This document shows positions 53,545 to 64,000 of a stretch of 64,000 bases of DNA, piece by piece. The DNA is taken from contig OX597820.1 of assembly GCA_951406725.2 (NCBI GenBank), positions 91,884,001 to 91,948,000 of the forward strand. The letters are read 5' to 3'. The stretch's first letter is position 1, and each line of letters opens with the position of its first letter. The notes under the pieces were generated by a model, which worked only from the letters and a program-made list of their open reading frames with translations, had not been told where the DNA came from and ran no database searches. Both the position numbers and the translations under genes were made by a program. This DNA comes from Octopus vulgaris (taxonomy: Eukaryota).

Positions 53545-54843
53545 AGTGTGTGTACATATGTGATATATACATATATATATACATATACACACACATACAC
53601 AAATATATTTTATTATCTGAAGAGTGTAAAAGAAAGTTATAAATTAAGAATTATACTAAATAATTGATTAATATAAATATTGATTAGTGTCGCATCTGCT
53701 TCAATTGATTAGCTGCCGGAATTAAGCAGGAACGGTTAGCAGATTTTGGTTTCGTTAGTGTACAACGTATATTACATTCAAACACTAATTCCTCTTAATT
53801 CTATATAACTTCTGTTGGTTGTTATTTCTTTAAACTCTGGGAACTGAGTTTATAACATAATTGGAAAGTTTCTTGATGTACTATGATATAAATGTAAATT
53901 TTGTCATATCATCAGTGTTGAAAATGTCTGAACTAATGGTAGGAAATATTTAGTTTTTTCTTTCCCATAATATGCTTCTATGTAAATACAAATCTATTTG
54001 AAATTTTATTTAATCTGTGCTTCTTAGATAATAAGGCGTAGTTTAGTTTTGTGGTGAGCTAATTCATTTTTATTCTTCTCTGATTGTATGTTGGTGCTGA
54101 ACGTGCAAACTATGATCAAAGTATAACCTGTTCATTATTTATTCAAACTATATTTGAAACGACATTAACCAGTGTGCAATCCATTTTTGTAACACTGCAG
54201 GTCGTCCTTTGCTTGCGAAATAGCCATCTGTTGTATCATATAGAGCTACAACGATGAAACTCTCGAATGACTTGTGTTGGTGCATTTCAGAGAGATGTAT
54301 ACCTGTCACTAATTCATTATTTTTAAACAATTTACAAGGAATAATTTATTAGTGTCAAATGTCCCTGAGTATTTGTAAAGATGCACGAATGCACATTATC
54401 ACATCATTTTATTCTTGGAAATTTTTTTATTTTCATTTGTGATATTGTTCTTTTTATTGAAGATAGAAAATATTGTAACTTCAGTGAATGGTGACTACAA
54501 TCTAACAAATAAATTTCACTATAAAAGCTGATCCCCAGGTTACTTATTATCCTCCTATGTTCCCTATTTTGTGTAATATAAAAATTCGTATTGCGTTATA
54601 TGGAGTCAAATATTTTACATTTAAAGAGAAGGTGAATGGTTCTCAATGACGTTTAAGCTTTCCACAAATTTTAACTGTGTACCTACGACAACGTGATTTC
54701 AGATGTCTCAACTTACTTCTAGGTTTACACTCTACTACATTTGCCATTTTCTTGGGATAAAATATTGTGTTTTACTTTGGCACAACGTTTTAAACGTGTA
54801 TAAAAGTAAGAGAATACACTGAATCACAAAACACACAAGGAAG

Positions 54844-54905
<62 letters not shown>

Positions 54906-55514
54906 CACACACACACACACATACACACACACACACACACACACTCAGAGGTATTGATCTCTCGTACATGAAAGTCGATCACTACACCGGTGGAGATGAA
55001 ATTTGAAATTTAACCGAACGCAAATGAATAGGACGTATAGCTAAGCACACTGACATTTCTGCCATTTCGCAACAATTTAAAAGTATTTTTGCACAAGAGA
55101 CCTATAAATATCAGCTTTAACATTATTATTAAAAAGCAATAACGGTGTGGATTGCAGGGCATGAATATTGATACAAATATAGAACTTAATTGGTGTATGA
55201 AAATGTAAATATATTAATATCAACGGTTGTTTATATAAAGTAAGTACTTATTTATATATAAATATACCTTTCAGTAATAAATGCATATGGGGTATATTTT
55301 CGTTTAATAAATACTGCTTCCCAAAAGTATCAATTACGATGAAACTCTGTCTATTATTTTCCGTCTGGTACGTTAGTTTGTTCTATGAACACATTGCAGC
55401 AATTCATATATGCAATCGTAAGTACGAGCTAACATACATGCATACACAGACACGCACACGTGCACATGTATGCATGCACGTGTACTCAGTCTCATTGAAT
55501 GTATGTATCAGATA

Positions 55515-55871
55515 CTAGCAGTATCGCCCGGCGTTGCTCGGATTTTGTTTTCGACACTTTAGAATTGGAATTTTTAAAAAGTAAAAATTTTGCATTATAT
55601 AGCTTGTTATTCTCTGAACATTTTTCCGGTTGAAATACACCGAAAAATTACGACACAGCAGTCAAAATATCGTAAAAAATAGGGATTTTCAATACTTTTT
55701 GGTGTTAACATTATCGGATTTGAATTTTTTCTTTTACGAAAAGAAGAGCAAGCCTTCTTCTATCATACTCTTAATTTTGGTCAACTTGCGGCGCTGGGTC
55801 TCGGAGGAGATAGTGTTAGTTGAAGGCTACCAAACCTGCCATACACATACAACTTCAGCTTTATATAGAGA
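55515..55871 (-). mobile_element. Non-autonomous Helitron
   Basis: The minus strand begins A|TC and ends with a GC-rich hairpin (ccgagcaacgccggg) followed by CTAG|T. Confidence 0.65.
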
Positions 55872-56214
55872 TGCATGCGATTGAACGGTTATATACACGT
55901 TCCATCACAGAAATGAACTCTTCGAAGTCACAATCAACATGGGTTCTATGGAAATAAGTACACCATCTACTGTAATACAGGAATGTTTCATGCATAAATA
56001 AATTATTATCATGCCGTAGTTACATTACGGAAGTGGTTAGTGCATTGCATCCTTCAGCAGGGCACTTCATTTCATTTCACGTTGCCAAATCTACTCAGCT
56101 CAGCTGAAATTTTGTATCAGGTCACGACATCGTAAGCACCTAATACAATTAATATAAGCTTCGTTTGTAACTTTAGCGCGTACCTCCTTGCATGTTAAGG
56201 TAATCAGATTTGAC

Positions 56215-56321
56215 ATGATATATATGCGTGTGTATATGCATTTATACATAGATAAATATATACAAACATACATATGCATATGTGTATATGTATGTGTGTG
56301 TTTATATATATTTGTGTGTAT

Positions 56322-56367
<46 letters not shown>

Positions 56368-56822
56368 TTATATGTATATATATATATTATATATAAATAT
56401 ATACATATATATTTATATATGCATATATGTATATAGATATATTACATATATTTGCATATATATATGTATTCATTTATATATTTATGTATAATATATATCG
56501 ACATATATGTGTATATATATACATATATATATATAATATATTTATGTATAATATATGTCTACTTATATGTGTATATATATACATATATATATATATATAA
56601 TATATTTATGTATAATATATATGTAAATATAAATATCTATATATGCATATATACACACACATATATATATAATATATTTGTATATAATATATATACATAT
56701 AATTATACATATGCACACACAGATATATATATATATATATTTATCTATGTGTGTGTGTGTGTGTGTGTGTGGGTGCGTGTGTGTGTGTTTCTGTGTGTGT
56801 TTGTGTGTGTGTGTGTGTGTGC
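56215..56822. repeat. Degenerate (TA)n/(TG)n low-complexity tract
   Basis: About 600 bp of dinucleotide-derived sequence. Confidence 0.9.
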
Positions 56823-57210
56823 ATAGGAAGCGGTATCATGAATCAATGACAGTGTGTTGGCGCAAACAATTTGAGAAATGTACCTAAAATAAGATATACG
56901 AAATACAGAAGCTTATAAAATCAGCATCCATAACCCCGCTTTCATGTTTTATTATATGATAGTGCAGAAGCTGAGCCAGAGTTGCCGAAAGTTTGAGAAG
57001 TAAATTTCAATTACCGATACTTAAAATTCTGTAGTTTTTCTTGCTGGAACCTAAGAATTAACTTAGGACGATTTTAATGGTGTACGTAAGCACACACACA
57101 TACATGAATGATAAATGTATGTGTGTATGTGTGTGTGTGTATGTGTGTGTAAATGTGTGTGTGTATGTAATAAGTATTATTACAAAGTAGCATAGCATTA
57201 CTTTTAATTC

Positions 57211-57257
<47 letters not shown>

Positions 57258-57273
57258 GGCGTAAACACATATT

Positions 57274-57330
57274 TTAACAAAACTGTCCGACGAACGGGAA
57301 CGTGAAACTCCGAGTAACAGCTTTTGTTAA
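57274..57330 (+). ncRNA. Minimal type I hammerhead ribozyme in a 98-bp insert within (TA)n
   Basis: ttaacaaaa-ctgt CCGACGA acg-ggaa-cgt GAAA ctccgag TA acag-c-ttttgttaa. Predicted GUA cleavage after 57316. Confidence 0.75.
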
Positions 57331-57352
57331 GTTTCTGCTGCTTTTAAACAAA

Positions 57353-57402
<50 letters not shown>

Positions 57403-57464
57403 CGCCTTCAAATAGACCTACACATGTGACTACTGCATCGATTTGTAAATATATTTATATATAT

Positions 57465-58390
57465 AAGGCATCCATAAAGCCTCTTTACAATTTCAAGAAT
57501 TTATTACGAAGGCAAATAAATAGATAAATGTGTGGACATTTTTACAAAATGAGATTTTAAATGTTTTGTTTCTTCATTTAATACATCTCTCTATGGACAC
57601 CATTAATTGCACGAAGCACACCAAGACGGTAATGAATTTCTAGCCATGTTCCTTGTAGCATAGCCTTAACAATGGTGGCAATGGCATCAGTGATCCTTTC
57701 CTTGAGGCCGTTGATATCTCGTTTTTTCGGTACACGATGTCTTTAGCATAACCGTTTGTTCGATACACGATGTCTTTAGCATAACCCCATAGAAAAAAAT
57801 CCAGTGATATTCGGGGAATGATATGGCTATGGAATTGGACCATCTCTTCGAATCCCCTGGTCTAGTAGTGTTTAATTTAGGAGCCCACGAGCATGCATTC
57901 CCCAATGTGGTGGGGCCCCATCCTCTTTGAAAATGATGGCTGGTTGAAGATCATCCAGTTGTGGGGTCACATAGTCGGTCAAAAGATCAAGGTAAGCATT
58001 TTCAGAGCTTGATCACTCTGTGAAGTAAAATGGACCAAGGATTCGATTGCGCATCATCCTACACCAGACATTCACCTTTTGTCCACGTCGGGCTACTTCC
58101 CTAGTCACATGGGAGTGTTCTTCATATTATGTGTGAAATATGAAAGGTTGCTTCATCACTAAAATGAACTCAGGTGAGGAATATTGCATCAACAGAAATT
58201 CGTTCCAGCATGTAAACTGCAAACTCATTTCGTCTTGGTTTATCTTTTTATTCGAGTGCTTGTAAGCGTACAATCAATGTCGAAAGTGGTAGCAGTAGCT
58301 GTTTGGTAGCAGTACGTATGAACAATATAGAAGAACTAGCAAAGGCTTGTCTTATACGATCAATGTTTTCCCCAGATAATGGACGGATTA
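57465..58390 (-). mobile_element. Decayed Tc1/mariner transposase
   Basis: IIFKEDGAPPHW and LDFFLWGYAKDIVY motifs. Frameshifted. Confidence 0.8.
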
Positions 58391-58559
58391 TAACCACTAG
58401 GAAGTGGCTGAGTGGGTGACATGTTGAGCCTCTACAGCTCACTATAGGTCTTAATGGAATACCACCCTTGTGAATCTAATGTATACCGTACATGTGTGGT
58501 AGTTTACTGTAGTGTTGAGTCAGTTGTCTGTAAAAGAGAGGATGGAACCAATAAATTGT

Positions 58560-59020
58560 CTAAAGTCTGTCTACCCTATGTAAAAGGCCTCTCCGAAAAG
58601 ATACAAAAGATATGCGGCCCATATGACATCGGGGCAGTATTCAAGAGTAATACAACACTTCGCAAATATCTCCTTCGGGTAAAACCACCAATAGAAGAGA
58701 ATATGACCAAAACCTGCGTGTAGTCCATCCCATTCAACTGTGTTAGGTTATACAAAGCCGAAACATGCCGCCCCCTCAAAATAAGTGTAGAGGAACATCG
58801 CAAAGTTGCGACACGATGAGATATTGATAAAATCGGGGATAGCTGATCATGTATGGAACAATGGAGACCCTCCCTGTTAGATGAAGTTAAAATAATAGAC
58901 AGAGAACACCACTGGAAAATACGAAAACTAAAAGCAGCAGTACATATGCTAGGACACAACCTCCTAAGCAGACCGAATAGCATACGGGAACCGGTATTAA
59001 GGAAGGATAGAAAAATATTA
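58560..59020 (+). mobile_element. Penelope-like element remnant (linker plus GIY-YIG endonuclease)
   Basis: LPYVKGLSEKIQKIC...VFKSNTTLRKYL..VK...CV*SIPFNCVRLYKAETCRPLKISVEEH...DEVKIIDRE. Contains stop codons. Confidence 0.85.
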
Positions 59021-59058
59021 AATTTATAAGCCATAAAATTCACACCATAATTGTCCAC

Positions 59059-59333
59059 GGGCATATGGCGTAGTGTTTAAGAGCGTGGTCTACTAACTCC
59101 AAGATTCCGAGTCCGATCCCAGGCAGTGACCTGAATAATAATAATAACAACAATAATAATAACAACAACATCAAAAAATACCTTAGGAATGAGAACCCAG
59201 GTTCGAAATTTCCCCAAGACACCTTATGAAGCCTGGAGGGTATAATAACCGAAACGTTGTGTAAACAAAAAACAATATATCCGTCAAATTTAAATAATGT
59301 ACATAATTCCTCATCTTTTAAATATAGAATTGT
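59059..59333 (+). mobile_element. tRNA-derived SINE (family E) with decayed HHR-like 3' part
   Basis: A box tggcgtagtgtt, B box gagtccgatccc, (AAT/AAC)n, then acac CTTATGAA ... GAAAC GTT gtgt at 59219-59262. Confidence 0.65.
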
Positions 59334-59705
59334 ATTTTTGATATTGTAGAAAATTTATGGGCACCTTGTATGTGTGTTTGGGTGCATGCGTGAGCGTGTG
59401 TGTCTATACACATACACCCATTAATATCTACGTTTAGTTATATACAGACTGATATATGCAAACTACTGAAATAATATAACATCCAATAAACTTAAGACAT
59501 ATTTTAGGTCAAAATTTAAAGCAAAACGATTTTAAAATTATAATTGAAGCCTTTTTTATGAATACTATTATGAATATTTTTTATGTTATTGTTTAAATCA
59601 TTCTTACATATGCATATTTTGATGCAATTAATGTTTGCATCTTTGTATAAAGCGAAGTTGCATTTTTCATTCTATTCTAATGTTCTGTTTTTATTTGTTT
59701 TCCAG

Positions 59706-59734
59706 TTAACCCTCTTTATGAAGATCGAGTATAA
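59706..59734 (+). CDS. Candidate terminal host coding exon (xNPLYEDRV*)
   Basis: Strong polypyrimidine acceptor (T-rich tract ending ccag at 59705). Followed by about 2.5 kb with no recognisable transposon, which could be a 3' UTR. Confidence 0.25.
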
Positions 59735-62408
59735 GCCTTATATAATATGGCGACGGTTCCCTATTAAGCTGTTTACATCTCGCCTCTTTACTCTGCTGCT
59801 TCGGCGACCATCCATCTACGCAGTTTTCACTTGTGACCTACACACTCCAGCCAACTCGTCAGAGGAAGGTAGAAAGAAGAGACATGGAAAATATACAGAG
59901 GGAAAGTAGTGTGGAAGAATGGAAAACTATAAAGGAGGGTTGCACCACAAAATAACATCTATTCAAATTAAGTATATCCTGCAACAGCTGTCCTTATTTT
60001 CTTGAACGATAATCTAACCAAAATGGAGAGTTCTGATACAAACACAAACATAGGGATCTGATATGAGATTTTTCATCTCAAATTTCCTGCCTTTAGAAAG
60101 AAAGAGAATTTTATATGAAAAATGATGGGGAGTGAATAATAGCGTAAGAAAGTTCGGTGATTGTGTGTGTCGTTTGGTTGCAAGGGAATAACGAGGAAAA
60201 CTAGTTTGTTCAATGAACGTAGAATTTAAATTTTTTTTTTTACTTTTTCTTGGTTTCTTAATATTTTCTTTCTTTTTTTTTTTTTCGTTTTCGCTCATTC
60301 ATTTGATTTTTCATGTTGACAATGGTGGGAGAAAATAAGTTGCTGGTTTCGCTTAATTTCTTTTTGTTATCTGGTGGTTAACAAAATATGTCAGAACAGC
60401 ACTTCATTGGACACTGAGTTGATGAGTTTTCTACATCAGATAGCACAGGACAACACAAGAGAAATAAAGGTAAAAAAATTGCATAGCGCACAGAAAGGAA
60501 ATCGATTATTGGATTACAGATAGCGAAGTGCAATCATTAGAATCGATAAGTAATCAATAGTGTATGTACATGTCTGGTAGCAATACATAATTATAGTATC
60601 AGTACTAATTTTTATGCACCATCATTGATAAAAAGGCTTTTGATATTTTTTCTATCGACATTTCAAATACAAGCTTACACAGATGTATGCACGTGTGCAG
60701 TTGAAAGCATGAGTTCTGTGGTTTGGCGAGAGATAGTTTAAACTATCTGCTGGTCCGCGTGGGTATAATGTAAATGAAAGACAAGAGAAATTCTAATATC
60801 TGACAATACTGTTCTTCGATTGACGAGATTTGTCTTTGTAAAAGAAATCTTACAAGAAGTGCTTCGATTGAACAACGATCGATTTATACAAGAAAGGGTA
60901 TTAATCAAAAGGTATATTGAATCATAAGTCATAATAAATGTTAGCAATGTATTGGAATAACCCTCTGTAAGCAGCCTATTGTTATTCACCACACGCCATA
61001 AAAATAACTAATTTTTTTTTCGATATATGAATTATATTTTCTAAACCTGTAAAATGCTTGTATTTGGACACAATGCAGGAATGCGTCAATATTTATTTAA
61101 ACATTTCTTTAGATGTAATACATTTCGTTATTCAATTCCCAATGATAGGTCAAGCTAAGAGTTTCTAGCATTAACAGCAAGAGTTTCAGTGTTAACATGA
61201 AAGTTTGAAACAGAAAACTGAGTTATCTACACACACTTCAACCCGAAAATAAATAAACAAATATAATTTAAATATGAACGCAAGACATTTTAATCGGGAG
61301 AATTTGTCGGCAAATAATAAGTGCAAAGCGTTCACGAAGTGGTGTAAGTTAGTTCATCCGCAAGAATAGGAGATATCAGCTGTTTCGTGCAGGGCCCATC
61401 ATTGCAAAAGTAATATCTATCACACAGTTTATAGAAAAAAAATACCCAATTTCAACATAGTTTACGAATCTAAAGGAAATATTTCCAGTTCAATTTTTTT
61501 TAGATTTCTTTTAACCGGAAATAAATGTATATACTAATTCAATTCTTAATTAGGATAAAACATTTCTTATGTGTCAATTAATGCAGTAAGAAAATGATTA
61601 CAATCAACATTTCAAGGATGCTACATAATCAAAATAATAAATTTTTTGCGGACGAATTTTAACTACTTCAGTTGTTTTTGGTTTATTTGTATTCAATAAA
61701 GTGTTGCATACACACATTTTATACACATTTTGCACACACACGCGCATACCCGTATATCTACATATACACTTGCAACACCAGCTCTTTTGGTGGAGATCAT
61801 ACTATATATGTAAAATGTAGGAGATTTACGTTAGCTGTAAAGTGTAGGAGAGTTACGCAATCGCTATTTCCATTTAATTACGTCACTAGAACATTTGGAT
61901 AGCTAAAAGCTCCATATTTTCTGATTTCTGTGAAACATGATTATATTATCAATTTATATTACGTTCTTGTAATATTAACATTATATTGAATTATTTCAGT
62001 AAGTACTTCTAGAAGTCATTCTCTGGTCTCAATTCTTCCCTGCAACCGCCAAAAAGGCATTTATTCATGAGGAATATTTGCAGCAACCAAATCATAAGTC
62101 AGGAGTGGGGTGAGAGCTTCATAGGCACATTTTCATTCAACAAACACAATAAACAAAGTAACGAAATATATTTAAATACAATGGGCATTAAATGTAATAG
62201 GTAATTGATTTCATATTATTGGATAAGTGGCCTGTAAATGTAAGGAAAAGCAACGGTAACCTCATTTCAACTGAGAATCGAAATGCTTTCAAGGTATTTA
62301 GTCGAGCGTGATGATCTCTCCGCTGTCTAATCGCTTAAGAATATGAATATAATTATTGTTGTTGTAATTGTTGATATTATTATTACTACTACTACTACTA
62401 CTACTGAG

Positions 62409-62618
62409 GTCAGCTGGCAGAATCGTTTGCACTCCGGACAAAACGCTTATCGGCATTTCGTCCGTCTGTACTTTCTGAGTTCAAATTTCGCCGAGGCCAA
62501 CTTTGCCTTTCAGCTTTTCGGGATCTATAAAATAAGTACCAGTTGAGTACTAAGGGTTGAGGCAATCGACTTACACTCTCCCCGAAACTGCTGGCCTTGT
62601 GTCAAAATGTGAAACCAT

Positions 62619-62668
<50 letters not shown>

Positions 62669-63300
62669 ATAATAATAATAATAATACTAATACTACTACT
62701 ACTACTACTGCTACTACTACTTCTCATATGCACTCAACTGATTAGAATGCTAGAAAAGAAAAGAATCCTAACATTGAGCTACAAGTAGCCTTAGATGCCA
62801 AGAACCTTCCTAAGTACTCTATCTGTACCTATTTTTATTATTGTTATTGTTATTGCTATTATTATTATTATTATTATTATTATTGTTATTATTATTATTA
62901 TTATCATCAAGTGGAGCTGGCAGAGACATTAGCACGCGGGGCAAAGTGCTAAGCGGCATTTCATCCGTCTTCTCATTCTGAGTTCAAATTCTGCCAACGT
63001 CGATTTTGCCTCTCATCCTTTAGGGGATCAAGAAAAGAAGTACTAGCTGAGCATTGAAGTCGAAATTTTAGGCTTTGTGCCTATAACAGAAAAGATTATT
63101 AATATTTTTATTATTATTATTTTTAGTGTTGGATGAAATTCTGTGCCGTACTCTTTCCAACTCTTTACAAGGTGATTTCAAATCCTGTCATATTCAACTT
63201 TGACTTTTTACCGTTTCGGGATCAATAAATAAAGTACAACTCAAATACTAGAGTCAATGGCATCGACTAAATCACTTTCTAGAAAATTGGTGGAGTTTTT
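62409..63300 (+). mobile_element. Cluster of diverged SINE family B copies with (ACT)n/(ATT)n tails
   Basis: Heads agctggcaga at about 62412 and 62915. Partial third body at about 63150-63300. Confidence 0.7.
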
Positions 63301-63573
63301 TAAAATATTATTAATATTATTATTATTATTATTATTATTATTATGATTAAATTTTCGTTGTCTATGCATACGAGGTAAAGACTATGAAAGCATTCCGGTG
63401 GACTAAAGGAAAACAATTGACACGCATATATATATATATATATATCTGTGTGTGTGTATGTGTGCATAAGCACAACACATACATATAGGTATATGAAAAC
63501 AAAGCGTTTCCCTTTTCTTTACTAGGATATAAGCAGATATATGCGTATTTGCGTAAGTATATGAATATATATA

Positions 63574-63697
<124 letters not shown>

Positions 63698-63707
63698 CAT
63701 AAATGAA

Positions 63708-63972
63708 GGCGCGTGGCTTCATGATTAGGGCATTTGGCTCACGATTGTAAGGTCGTGAGTTCCATTCCTGGCGAGACATTTAATTTCCGGTTGCTCTAGT
63801 CCACTCGGGTGGCAAAAATGAGTTGTACCAGTATTTCAAAGGCCGGCCTTGTCACGCTGAATCTCCCTGATAAGTACGTTAGGGGTACATGGGTCTGTCG
63901 ATTGCTCAATCACTTGCACGTTAATTTCATGCGCAGGCTGGGACTTTCGTCGCAACCGACGGAGTGTGCTCC
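63708..63972 (+). mobile_element. tRNA-derived SINE
   Basis: ggcgcgtggcttcatgattagg...gagttccattcc head, related to the family C head. Confidence 0.6.
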
Positions 63973-64000
63973 CCTCTCTCTCTCTCTCTCTCTGCATATA

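Overview
AT-rich, microsatellite-dense animal genomic DNA. The SINE families resemble those of Octopus (inference). There is no intact long ORF. The window is intronic or intergenic and holds many tRNA-derived SINEs, decayed CR1, R4/Dong, Penelope and Tc1/mariner fragments, and several MITEs. The standout is at 2810-3879: a GC-rich, non-coding 360-bp unit present as about 2.1 identical tandem copies plus an inverted partial copy, inserted in a (TA)n tract. Each unit carries a well-formed type I hammerhead ribozyme (HHR) with a non-canonical CCGAUGA core. This fits a non-LTR retrozyme that would produce a 360-nt circular RNA. The unit also has an alternative fold that could switch the ribozyme off. 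Four more unrelated HHR or HHR-like motifs occur at about 7.4, 8.75, 57.3 and 59.2 kb. Two of them share the same U4C core variant and one sits inside a tRNA-SINE. A Penelope GIY-YIG remnant is also present. All folds were read by eye, and no activity or database search has been tested.
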